In this document: positions 49,448 through 58,256 of the stretch, piece after piece
Numbering within the stretch: the first letter of the stretch is position 1
Layout of the letters: every line of letters begins with the position of its first letter
Source: an uncultured Acidobacteriota bacterium
GTDB taxonomy: Bacteria; Acidobacteriota; Thermoanaerobaculia; UBA5066; DATFVB01
Length of the DNA stretch: 64,000 nucleotides
Assembly: GCA_963813155.1 (NCBI GenBank)
Contig: CAWEYG010000002.1
Coordinates: forward strand, 96,001-160,000
Direction of reading: 5' to 3'
Made by a program: the position numbers and the translations under genes
The notes under the pieces: model-generated
Databases searched by the model: none
What the model was told of the DNA's origin: nothing
The model's input: the letters and a program-made list of their open reading frames with translations, nothing else

Positions 49448-50947
49448 ATGAAACGTCTTCTTTTCGCCGCCGTCGCCGCGTGCGCGCTGGCTCTTCCCGC
49501 CGCCGCGAGCGAGATCCGGATCGCGATCTCGAAACCGCCTTCGTACTACGACCCCCGAAAGGCGAGCGACTCGATGACCTGGGCGCTGATCTCCCAGGTC
49601 TACGAAACGCCGCTCCTCTACACGACGGCGCAGCCCAACGGCGCTCCGAATCTCTTTTCCGACGTCGCGCGCGTGGACAACAGGACCTACGTCGGCACGC
49701 TCGTGTGGGGAATCGTCTTTTCCGACGGCGAGCCGCTCACGGCCGCGCAGATGATCGCGTGGCTCTCGACCGTGCGCGACATCGCTTCCCGGGCGACGAT
49801 GACCTCCGGGCACAAGGGCACGCGCGAAACGATCACGTTTCACCTGAAAGAGCCGGACCAGTATTTTTCTCAGCTGCTGATGACGAACTACTGCCCGATC
49901 GCGAAAGAAAAAGGCAAGGGCGTCTTCCTCGGAACAGGCCCCTACGTGCTGGGACGCCACGACGATCGCGAGATCGTCCTGGAGCGAAACCCCCATTACC
50001 ACGAGGCCGGCCAACCGAAGGTCGACCGCCTCGTTTTCCGGGTCTTCCCGGCCGCGCCGGATGGCACGAACCCCGGGCTGCTCGACGCGATCCGGAAGGG
50101 CGAGATCGATTTCACGGAGGCGCTGCCACTCTCCTCGCTCCCGCAACTCCAGGGCGTTCGAACGGCGAAGACGATCGTTCTCGAGTCGAGGAATACCGGC
50201 TGGATCTCGTTCAACCTGCGGCGCGCGCCGGCGAGCAACCTGAAAGTGCGCCAGGCCGTTGCGGCGCTCCTCAACCCCGAAGCGATCGTGAAACGCCTCT
50301 ATCCCGTCGGCACCCGCGTCGCGACGTCCTTTCTGCCTCCGGCGCTCGCGGCCCAGGTCCGGGGAGTCGATTTCGACCTGCATATCCGCCCCGACCCGGC
50401 GCAGGCGAAGAGCGACCTCGCCGCCGCCGGATTCGGCGCCGGCAAGAAACTCCCCCTGACGCTCCTCATCCTGTGGACCTCCCGCCCTTACTGCAACAAT
50501 CCGGTGCTCTTCGGCGAGATGGTCAAGAAGCAGCTCGAAGACTCGGGCGCAATCGAGGTCAAGGTCGACCAGCCCGCCTCGGGGGACGAGTACTTCCAGG
50601 CGCTCCTCAAGGGAAACTTCGATCTCGCGGGAAATGGCTGGATCGCCGACACCCCGAATCCCGCCGATTTCGTGGAGGCGAATTTCGCGTCCAGCAAGAT
50701 CGGCTGCCTGTCCAACTGCAACAACATGCCGGGATGGACCGACGCGCGCGTCGACCAGGCGATCCGCAGCATCCGCGCGGCGGGCGCGTCCGCGGATTTC
50801 CAGGCGATCGTCGAGGAGATTCGAAAAGAGCTGCCGATCTTCCCGATCGTCCACGGGCCGGAAGTCGTCGTCATGTCGAACCGCGTCCACGGCATCGAAC
50901 CGTCGACGTTTTCGTACCTGTCGTTCCGGTCGGCAACCGTCGAGTGA
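49448..50947 (+). CDS. ABC transporter substrate-binding protein, family 5 (peptide/nickel-like), no permease nearby
   Basis: Signal peptide, FSDGEPLTA, GTGPY, LERNPHY, KVRQAVA, ELPIFPI. Confidence 0.82.
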   Translation: MKRLLFAAVAACALALPAAASEIRIAISKPPSYYDPRKASDSMTWALISQVYETPLLYTTAQPNGAPNLFSDVARVDNRTYVGTLVWGIVFSDGEPLTAAQMIAWLSTVRDIASRATMTSGHKGTRETITFHLKEPDQYFSQLLMTNYCPIAKEKGKGVFLGTGPYVLGRHDDREIVLERNPHYHEAGQPKVDRLVFRVFPAAPDGTNPGLLDAIRKGEIDFTEALPLSSLPQLQGVRTAKTIVLESRNTGWISFNLRRAPASNLKVRQAVAALLNPEAIVKRLYPVGTRVATSFLPPALAAQVRGVDFDLHIRPDPAQAKSDLAAAGFGAGKKLPLTLLILWTSRPYCNNPVLFGEMVKKQLEDSGAIEVKVDQPASGDEYFQALLKGNFDLAGNGWIADTPNPADFVEANFASSKIGCLSNCNNMPGWTDARVDQAIRSIRAAGASADFQAIVEEIRKELPIFPIVHGPEVVVMSNRVHGIEPSTFSYLSFRSATVE

Positions 50948-50962
50948 TTTTCGCGCCCGGAC

Positions 50963-53080
50963 TCAGGGGAAGAACGCCGTCCCGTCCTTCGGCTCGCCCG
51001 CGCTGACCCCGAAGAGCGCGAGCACGGAGGGCTCCACGTCGAGAATCGACGGAACGCCCTTCAGGCGCATCGGCAGGGACGAGAAAAAGATCCCCCGAAC
51101 GAGCTCCGGGTCGACCGAACAGTGGTCGCCGCTCCACACATCGGTGTTGTCCTCGAAGAGATCCGGGGTGGGGACGCCGAGCGAGGACTGCCAGGAAACC
51201 CGGAAGCCCGCCGTGTTCAGGACGAAGAGGTCGGGAATGAGGTTCGGGTCGAACCGTTTGTAGGCTTCCTCGCGGCGCACGACCCGGGATACCGCCCGGG
51301 CCCCCGACTTCGCGTCCGTCAGGGTAACCAGACGCTCGATGAGCTCGGTGCGAAGCTTCTCGTAGTCGGCCCCGGGATGCACGATCCCGTCCTTCTCCCG
51401 GCCGGCGACGTTGATGTAGATCTCGCCCAGACCCATCGCGTACGCCCGCGTCTTGCTCCAGTCGACGCTGTCCCAGAACGTGCCGTGGGAGAAGAGCTCG
51501 TCGAGATTCTTCCTCTGCGCCTCGCCCTTGAGCGCGAGGTAGCCGTTCTGCACGAGCCAGGTGTCGTAGTTGACCGAGCGCCGCCACGTCGCGAACCCGT
51601 GATCCGACGCGACGAGGAGAACGTCGGACGGCGAGAGCTTCTCCTGCGCCTGGCCGACGATCGAGTCCATCGTGTCGTACGACTTCTCGACCGCGTCGCC
51701 GTAGATCTTCGCGAGCCTCGCGTCGTAAGCGGGATGCTGCGGGTCCCGAAATCTCCAGAAAATGTGGCTCACGCGGTCGGGAAACTCGAAGTACTGGACC
51801 GCGCAGTCGACGGACTTGTCGGCAAGCACCGTGTCGAGGATCTTCCGCTCGCTCGCGACCGTCTGGTCCACGTCTTCCAGAAACGTCTTTTCGTCGATCG
51901 TCCCCGATTGGATCGACCAGGTGTCGATCGCCCATCCCATCGTCTTGAACAGGCCGGCCGACGAGACGAGGTCCCGCGCGAAGCCCGCCGGATTCGTGAT
52001 CTCGAAGCCGGGCGGCAGCGCTCGCGGGTCGAAGTTCACGGGGGAAAGATAGAGGCGGATCTCGGGCGACGCCGTGAGCAGGTGGAACTTCGCCATTCCG
52101 TGAAGCGTCACGAGCGTGTTCGCGGGAAACGAGATTCCGACCCAGTTGCTCCATTCGCCCACTTTCAGGTGGACCCGGGACCCGGACGTTTCGATCGTGA
52201 GCCCCGAATGGTCGGGGTCGACCGTGAGCCGCAGCGCCGCGTCGAGCCACGCGTTCGCGCGGCCGAAGTATTTCGCCGGGGGACCCGTGATCTTCGTCGT
52301 GATCGCCCCCTCGTTCGAGTCGAGCCGAACGAGCTCGATGGAGAAATCGTTGCCTCCCTTTGGCGCGAAGAACGGGTCCGACGTGTAGAACGACGGCCGG
52401 CCGATGCGGCCGGACAGGTCGGGCACGCCCAGCCCGGAGAGAAGCTCCCCGTCGGCGAACTGGTCCGGCGGAAACGTCACCGGCATCCGGATGACGACGG
52501 CTTTCTTGCCGGCCGCGCCCAGCGCCTGCCAGAGAGTCCGACCCTGGCGGTTGTTGACCGCGAACGGCTGCTTTTCCGGAACGTCCCGGCGGACGACGAC
52601 GAAGCCTCCCGCGGCGAGCGCGATTCCCAGGGCGAGGAAGACGATCCTCCCGGCCCGGCGCGCGAAGACCTGGGGCAGCAGGGCGACGACGAGAAAGATG
52701 ATCGCGCCCGCGACCGCCCCGTTCGCCGCGCCGAAGAAAAACGGCTTCTCGGATTCGTCTTCGATCGCGAAGGTCGGCGTCAGCGTTTTCGGGTCCCGCT
52801 TGAGAAAGTCGAAGATCCGGGTGCTCCCCGGATCGAGGCCGGTGGAGAAGGACGACCAGGAAACCGGCGTCTGCGCCGGGATCGGCGGCAGCAGCGGCGT
52901 GAAGCCCCCCTTCGCGCGAAGCGCGGCGAGATGGGGAAGCCGGCCCGCGGCCATCTGTTTCTCCACGAGCGCGGCGTCGACGCCGTCGAATCCGAGGATC
53001 ACGACACGCCGCTTTTCGGCTCGCGCCGCGGCGGAAACGAGGGAGACGAGGAGGACGGCAGCGGCGAACCTGAATTTCAT
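50963..53080 (-). CDS. Alkaline phosphatase superfamily (type I phosphodiesterase/NPP-like) protein
   Basis: Signal peptide, VVILGFDGVD, PAQTPVSWSSFSTG, PDRVSH, VASDHGF, WSGDH. Confidence 0.85.
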   Translation of the reverse strand: MKFRFAAAVLLVSLVSAAARAEKRRVVILGFDGVDAALVEKQMAAGRLPHLAALRAKGGFTPLLPPIPAQTPVSWSSFSTGLDPGSTRIFDFLKRDPKTLTPTFAIEDESEKPFFFGAANGAVAGAIIFLVVALLPQVFARRAGRIVFLALGIALAAGGFVVVRRDVPEKQPFAVNNRQGRTLWQALGAAGKKAVVIRMPVTFPPDQFADGELLSGLGVPDLSGRIGRPSFYTSDPFFAPKGGNDFSIELVRLDSNEGAITTKITGPPAKYFGRANAWLDAALRLTVDPDHSGLTIETSGSRVHLKVGEWSNWVGISFPANTLVTLHGMAKFHLLTASPEIRLYLSPVNFDPRALPPGFEITNPAGFARDLVSSAGLFKTMGWAIDTWSIQSGTIDEKTFLEDVDQTVASERKILDTVLADKSVDCAVQYFEFPDRVSHIFWRFRDPQHPAYDARLAKIYGDAVEKSYDTMDSIVGQAQEKLSPSDVLLVASDHGFATWRRSVNYDTWLVQNGYLALKGEAQRKNLDELFSHGTFWDSVDWSKTRAYAMGLGEIYINVAGREKDGIVHPGADYEKLRTELIERLVTLTDAKSGARAVSRVVRREEAYKRFDPNLIPDLFVLNTAGFRVSWQSSLGVPTPDLFEDNTDVWSGDHCSVDPELVRGIFFSSLPMRLKGVPSILDVEPSVLALFGVSAGEPKDGTAFFP

Positions 53081-53156
53081 GGATCGAGATCCTACCCCAC
53101 CCGGCCGACCTCGGAGCTCGCGAATTGCGCGCTCCGAATCGATTACGATATTCCTC

Positions 53157-54404
53157 ATGGACGATTCTCTCGAAACGTTCTCGGCGACCCTGCGCGAAGC
53201 GCTCGACCCGCCCGTCCGGGTCCTCTTCTCCCGGAATTTCGTGGTTTGCAGCGTCCATTTCGACCGCTTCACGACCGAGGTCGCCGGGCGCGACCTCGAG
53301 CGGCTCGGCCTCCTCCGCGCGTTCGAGAGCCCCACGACCGCGGCCGAAGCGCTTTCCCGCGCCGGGCTCTCCCCGCGCGCCGAAACGCCCCTCGAATGGA
53401 TGCTCGCGAAGCTCGAGGAGGAAGGATTTTTCGAGGCCTTGCCGGGGCCGGGCCCCGCGCGCTACCGCCTTCGCGACCCGCATCCGCCGGCCGACAGCGG
53501 AGCCCGGGAGAAGGCCCTCGCGGTCGACCCCTCGAGCGCGCCGGCTTTCACCGTCGTCGAGGAGCTCTCCAAAAACATCGTCGACTACTTCGAAGGAAAG
53601 AAGACCGGAGAGGAGATCCTCTTTTCTCCCGCCCGCCTCTCGCTCTGGTTCGACTACTTCAACAACGACAACCTTCTCTACGCGATCAACAACCGTCTCG
53701 GCGCGGAAGCGGTCGTGCGCGCTCTCGCCGCGACGCGATCCTCCGAAGTCCTCGAGCTCGGAGGAGGCGCCGGTTCGGCGGCGCTCGCCCTGTTCGAGCG
53801 GCTCGAAGCCGACGGACTTCTCTCGAGGATCGGAAAGTACACGTTCACCGAGCCCGTTCCGACCTTCCTGCGCCGCGGGGAGCGGTCGCTGCGAGGCCGG
53901 TTCCCGGGAGTCGCCCTCGAGGCCCGCAAGCTCGACATGAACGTTTCTCTCGTGGAACAGGGAATCGCGGCGGAAAGCCTCGACCTCGTCTACGCCGTCA
54001 ACACGATCCATGTCTCGCGGGACCTCGGCGCCACCCTGCGGTTCGTCCGCGAAGTCCTGAAGCCGGGCGGCGCCGCGATCTTCTCCGAGTGCGTTCGGCC
54101 GAAGCCGAATCAACCGATCTACGTGGAATACGCGTTCAACTTCCTCGAGAATTTCGTCAACGTCGTGAAGGATCCCGTGACGCGGCCGACCCACGGGTTC
54201 CTGACTCCCGCGAACTGGCGAGCCGCGCTTTCCCGGGCCGGCTTCGAAAAGTTCGAGATCCTGCCCGACGTGGAAGAGCTCGCGAAGGAATTTCCGAAGT
54301 TCTTCGTCGGAGCGATCACGGCGCGCAAGCCGAAGCTGAGAGAGGACTGGTCCACCATCTCGCCTTTCCGCTCGTGGGAGAGGCCGCTACGACTCCGCGG
54401 GTGA
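53157..54404 (+). CDS. Class I SAM-dependent methyltransferase (PKS C-methyltransferase-like)
   Basis: VLELGGGAGS, YTFTE, DLVYAVNTIHVSRDLGATLRFVREVLKPGG. Confidence 0.8.
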   Translation: MDDSLETFSATLREALDPPVRVLFSRNFVVCSVHFDRFTTEVAGRDLERLGLLRAFESPTTAAEALSRAGLSPRAETPLEWMLAKLEEEGFFEALPGPGPARYRLRDPHPPADSGAREKALAVDPSSAPAFTVVEELSKNIVDYFEGKKTGEEILFSPARLSLWFDYFNNDNLLYAINNRLGAEAVVRALAATRSSEVLELGGGAGSAALALFERLEADGLLSRIGKYTFTEPVPTFLRRGERSLRGRFPGVALEARKLDMNVSLVEQGIAAESLDLVYAVNTIHVSRDLGATLRFVREVLKPGGAAIFSECVRPKPNQPIYVEYAFNFLENFVNVVKDPVTRPTHGFLTPANWRAALSRAGFEKFEILPDVEELAKEFPKFFVGAITARKPKLREDWSTISPFRSWERPLRLRG

Positions 54405-54463
54405 GCGGCAAGGATCTCGCCCGGCCACCCGTACCGGCTCTCGCACAGGCGCGAGAGAGGGAG

Positions 54464-55453
54464 CTACGCTTCGGCGCTCTCCGCGCGGCGCTTCGGGCGC
54501 CTCGCGATTTCCGCGGCGCTCTCGATCCGGCTCGGGTCGTCCCAGAACGGGTAGAAGCAGTACCACTGCGTCGGATATCGGCGAATGTAGCTCTCCAGGA
54601 TGCGCACGAAGCGCTCGACGTTCGCTCGAAGGTCGTCCGCGTGCTTTCCGCCGCGCGAGACCGGAAGCTCGGGCCCGATGACGATGCGGTAACGGTCTCC
54701 CTCCCGCAGGATGAAGGAAGGGAGAACGGCCGCGCCCGACACCATCGCGGCCGCGAACGGCCCCCTCGGAAAGAACGCGGGCCGCCCGAAGAACTCGACC
54801 GCGACCCCCGTGTTGTTGAAATCGCGATCGCACTGGATCCCCAGGATCTGCCCCCGGGCGAGCGCCTGCACGACCGCGACGCCCGACAGAAACGTGTCGC
54901 CGACGGGGATCTCCTCGACGCCCCACTTCCGGTGGATGCCGCTTCGGAACTTCTCGACGATCGGAAACCGGTCCGGTTTCAGCACGACGTGGATGGGATG
55001 GTCGAGCCCTCCGAGCAGCATTCCGCCGAGGTACCAGTTGCCGAGGTGAGCCGTCGCGAGAATCACTCCCTTGCCGCGGCGCTCGGCCTCGATGATCTTC
55101 TCGTATCCCTCGATGGCGGCGATCAGCGCCTGCGCCTCCGGAAACGTCCGCTGGGAAACGTAGAAGAAGTCGATCCAGTGGTACGAATGCTGGTCGATCA
55201 TCTCGCGGGCCGCGGCGGCGACCCGGGGCGAATCGGGCGCCTCGCCGAAGATCTGCGCGAAATTTCCGCGAATGGCTTTCATGTATTTCGGCCGGCAGCG
55301 AAAAAACCGGCCCACCGTCTGCCGCGCGATCGATTCCAGCCCGCGCCGCGGCAGCACGCGCGTCATCGCGCGAAACAGGGGAAACCAGAGGTAGAACGTC
55401 GCGGAGTAGAGCGCGTTGACCAGGCGGTTGCGGGTGGCCATCTTGTCCTGCAT
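54464..55453 (-). CDS. Lipid A/phosphatidylinositol mannoside acyltransferase family (LpxL/PatA-like)
   Basis: GKGVILATAHLGNW, QCDRD, VEFFGRPAFFPRGP, IRRYPTQW. Confidence 0.85.
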   Translation of the reverse strand: MQDKMATRNRLVNALYSATFYLWFPLFRAMTRVLPRRGLESIARQTVGRFFRCRPKYMKAIRGNFAQIFGEAPDSPRVAAAAREMIDQHSYHWIDFFYVSQRTFPEAQALIAAIEGYEKIIEAERRGKGVILATAHLGNWYLGGMLLGGLDHPIHVVLKPDRFPIVEKFRSGIHRKWGVEEIPVGDTFLSGVAVVQALARGQILGIQCDRDFNNTGVAVEFFGRPAFFPRGPFAAAMVSGAAVLPSFILREGDRYRIVIGPELPVSRGGKHADDLRANVERFVRILESYIRRYPTQWYCFYPFWDDPSRIESAAEIARRPKRRAESAEA

Positions 55454-55455
55454 GG

Positions 55456-56673
55456 CTATTCCCGCGAGAGAACGCGCGGAGCGCCCGCGGTGACGAGAAC
55501 ATCGTCTTCGATCCGGGCGCCGAGCCCCAGCCAGTTTGCCGGCGCTCCGCTTCCTTCGCGAAAGTAGACGCCGGGCTCGACGGTCAGGACCATTCCGGGT
55601 TGAAGGACGCGCGGCGAACCGCCGGGGTGGGTCGCTCCCGCGTCGTGGACGTCGAGACCCAGCCAGTGGCTCGTGCGGTGAATCGTGAACGGCTGCTGGC
55701 GCCCGGCGGCGAGGATGTCCTCGACGGCGCCCTCGAGAACCCCGAAGTCCCGCAGCCCCGCCGCGAGAACGCGTTGGGCCGCCGCGTGCACGTCGTCGAA
55801 AGTCCGGCCGGGACGGCATTCGCCGACCGCCGCAAGATGGGCCGCCGCCACGACGTCCCAGAGAGCCGACTGCTCGCCCGTCGGAGCGCCCGACGCCGAG
55901 AACGTGCGCGTGACGTCGGCCGCGTAGAGGCCGTACTCGGCGCCGGCGTCGATGAGGACGGTGTCGTTCGCCTCGATCCGGCGGGAGTTGTCGTGGTAAT
56001 GGAGCGTCGTCGCGTTGCGGCCCGAGGCAACGATCGACGGGTAGGCCGGGCCGGACGCACCGCGATCCCGAAAATGAAATTCCACCACGGCCTGAACCTG
56101 GTACTCGTAGAGGCCGGGCCGCACCGCCGCGGCGGCCCGGGCATGGGCGTCGGCCGTGATCTTCGCGGCCTTTTCCAGCAGCTCGATCTCCGATCGCTCC
56201 TTGACGAGCCGCATTTCGGCGATCGTGGCCGCGGGATCGAACAGTTCGGGAGCCGGCTGACCGGTCCGGGAAGCCCGGTACTCCGAGAGCCAGCCGTCGA
56301 GCCGCGCGTCGCGCCCCACGGGCAGCCCGATCCGGTCGCACCCGGCGAGGCAACTCGCGAGCAGGTCCGGGAGCTTGTCGAGCGAGCAGCCGATCGCGCC
56401 GTAGCGCTGGACGCCCTCGACCCCCTCCCGTTCGCCGTCCCATGCCTCCCGCACGGGGTCGCGGGGCCGGACCGCGAGATAGAACTCGGCGTTTCGGAAT
56501 ACCGCCACGGCATCGGGCTCCGAATATCCGGTCAGGTAGGCGAAATCGGAATTCTGCCGGAAGGGGTGCTCCGTGTCGCGCGAACGCAGCTGCACCCTGC
56601 CCGCCGGCACGACCGCCGGAGCGCCGCCGAGGAGCTCCGCGAATCGCTTTCTCCGTCCGGCGAAATCGTGCAT
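55456..56673 (-). CDS. pepP: Cytoplasmic Xaa-Pro aminopeptidase
   Basis: FRQNSDFAYLTG, NATTLHY, LIDAGAE, DVTRT, HRTSHWLGLDVHD, TVEPG, RIEDDVLVT. Confidence 0.92.
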   Translation of the reverse strand: MHDFAGRRKRFAELLGGAPAVVPAGRVQLRSRDTEHPFRQNSDFAYLTGYSEPDAVAVFRNAEFYLAVRPRDPVREAWDGEREGVEGVQRYGAIGCSLDKLPDLLASCLAGCDRIGLPVGRDARLDGWLSEYRASRTGQPAPELFDPAATIAEMRLVKERSEIELLEKAAKITADAHARAAAAVRPGLYEYQVQAVVEFHFRDRGASGPAYPSIVASGRNATTLHYHDNSRRIEANDTVLIDAGAEYGLYAADVTRTFSASGAPTGEQSALWDVVAAAHLAAVGECRPGRTFDDVHAAAQRVLAAGLRDFGVLEGAVEDILAAGRQQPFTIHRTSHWLGLDVHDAGATHPGGSPRVLQPGMVLTVEPGVYFREGSGAPANWLGLGARIEDDVLVTAGAPRVLSRE

Positions 56674-56784
56674 TCGCGGATGATACGCGAGGGCGCGTCA
56701 GCCGAGCACCAAGGGTTGTCATTCCCGCAACAGAGCGTCGATGAGCAAGGTGTTACGCGACTTCCCCGATACAATCGTTCCAAG

Positions 56785-57741
56785 GTGCGCCTCGATCAGC
56801 TCGTCTCCAGCAGATTCTCCCTTTCCCGGCGGAAGGCGCGCGAATACGTGGAGACCGGCCGCGTCGATCTCGAGGGATCCCCGTGCCGCGAGCCGGGAAC
56901 CGACGTCGCCGAAGACGAGACCGTCCGCCTCGACGTGAACCGTCCGGCGCTCGGCCGGGTTCGTTCGAACCTTCGCGTTCTCCTCGAAGACGGCGACGTG
57001 CTGCTCGTCGAGAAGCCCGCGGGGCTGCTGTCCGTTCCGACCGAAGCGCAGGAGAGGGACACTCTCCTCGCCCGTGTCAACTCCTACCTCCAGTATCGGC
57101 ACGGGAAGAGGCCGTTCGTCGGGGTCGTCCACCGCCTCGACAAGGACACTTCCGGAGTGCTCGTCTTCACGCGGACTCGGGAGACGCTTCGGGAACTTCA
57201 GGAGCTGTTTCGGCGGCACCAGGTCGAGCGGGAATACGTCGCGATCGTCGAAGGGGAGGTGACCCAGGACTCCGGAACGATCGGCCTCGAGCTCGTGCGG
57301 GACCGCGGCGACCGGAGGCGCGGGACCGCGCGCCGCGGCGAGCCGGGAATACCCGCGGTCACGCATTTCCGCGTGATCGAGCGTCGCGCCGGCGCGACGC
57401 TCCTCTCGATTCGGCTCGAGACGGGACGCACCCACCAGATCCGCGTCCATCTCGCGGCTCTCGGCTTTCCGGTGCTCGGCGACGCCGTGTACCGGCCCCG
57501 GACGCTGCCGCCGCCGCGAATCGCCGCTTCGCGTCAGATGCTCCACGCGCGCACGCTCGGATTCCGCCACGACGGGCGTTCGATCCGGGCGGAGAGCCCG
57601 ATTCCGGAGGACTTCCGCAAGACCTGGGAAAAACTCGGCGCTCTTCGCGCCCGCCCTCCGGCGCCCCTCCCGCGCGCACGCCCGACTCCGAGCGCCGCGC
57701 CGCGACCCGGAAAATCGCCGTCAAAACGCCGGCCGGCGTGA
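56785..57741 (+). CDS. RluA/RluD family RNA pseudouridine synthase
   Basis: S4-like RLDQLV, KPAGLL, VHRLDKDTSG, TGRTHQIRVH, GDAVY, QMLHA. Confidence 0.93.
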   Translation: MRLDQLVSSRFSLSRRKAREYVETGRVDLEGSPCREPGTDVAEDETVRLDVNRPALGRVRSNLRVLLEDGDVLLVEKPAGLLSVPTEAQERDTLLARVNSYLQYRHGKRPFVGVVHRLDKDTSGVLVFTRTRETLRELQELFRRHQVEREYVAIVEGEVTQDSGTIGLELVRDRGDRRRGTARRGEPGIPAVTHFRVIERRAGATLLSIRLETGRTHQIRVHLAALGFPVLGDAVYRPRTLPPPRIAASRQMLHARTLGFRHDGRSIRAESPIPEDFRKTWEKLGALRARPPAPLPRARPTPSAAPRPGKSPSKRRPA

Positions 57742-57815
57742 GCGCGAGGCGCGTCATGTGCGCCGGCCCCGGCGAGACTCGATCCGGGTTACACTCGAGC
57801 GTTGAGGAGGAAGAC

Positions 57816-58256
57816 ATGAGCGAAACGATTCAGATGTCGTCGGCGGCGAAGAAACCCCGAGCTCGCGCGGCGGCGACCCGAAAACCCGCCCGGAAGCCGG
57901 TGGCGAAAAAGAAAACTCCCGCGGGAGCGGCTCTGCGCCAGGCCCGCGCTCTTCGAGCGATGCTTTCCGAAGTCTCCCGGAGCGCGAACCGCGCCGGCTC
58001 GAAAATCGCAACGATCTCCCAGCGGGGAGGCGCCGCGACGAAGAAGGCGATCGGGACCGCCGGCAAGGCCACTCGCCGCGCCGTGCAGAGCTCCGTTCGG
58101 GAATGGAAAAGACTCGATACGCCCCGGAAGATCGAATTCGTCGCGACGCTGCTCTCGGCCCTCGCGGCGGCGTCCGGAGCCGTCGTGCGGGAGCGCGGAC
58201 GGAAGAAGAGCCTATCGGGCCGCGCTGGCTCTCTGTTCCGGAAAGCGCTTCGTTAG
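57816..58256 (+). CDS. Small Lys/Arg/Ala-rich basic hypothetical protein
   Basis: GAGGAGG SD. KKPRARAAATRKPARKPVAKKK histone-H1-like stretch, hydrophobic C-terminal helix. Confidence 0.6.
   Translation: MSETIQMSSAAKKPRARAAATRKPARKPVAKKKTPAGAALRQARALRAMLSEVSRSANRAGSKIATISQRGGAATKKAIGTAGKATRRAVQSSVREWKRLDTPRKIEFVATLLSALAAASGAVVRERGRKKSLSGRAGSLFRKALR

Noticed and set aside
51122-55567. Very long alternative-frame ORFs (e.g. 1481 aa here, 1107 aa at 50871-54194, 753 aa at 5013-7274)
   Set aside because: Antisense or shifted shadows of real genes in high-GC DNA, Arg/Gly/Pro-rich with no recognisable motifs.
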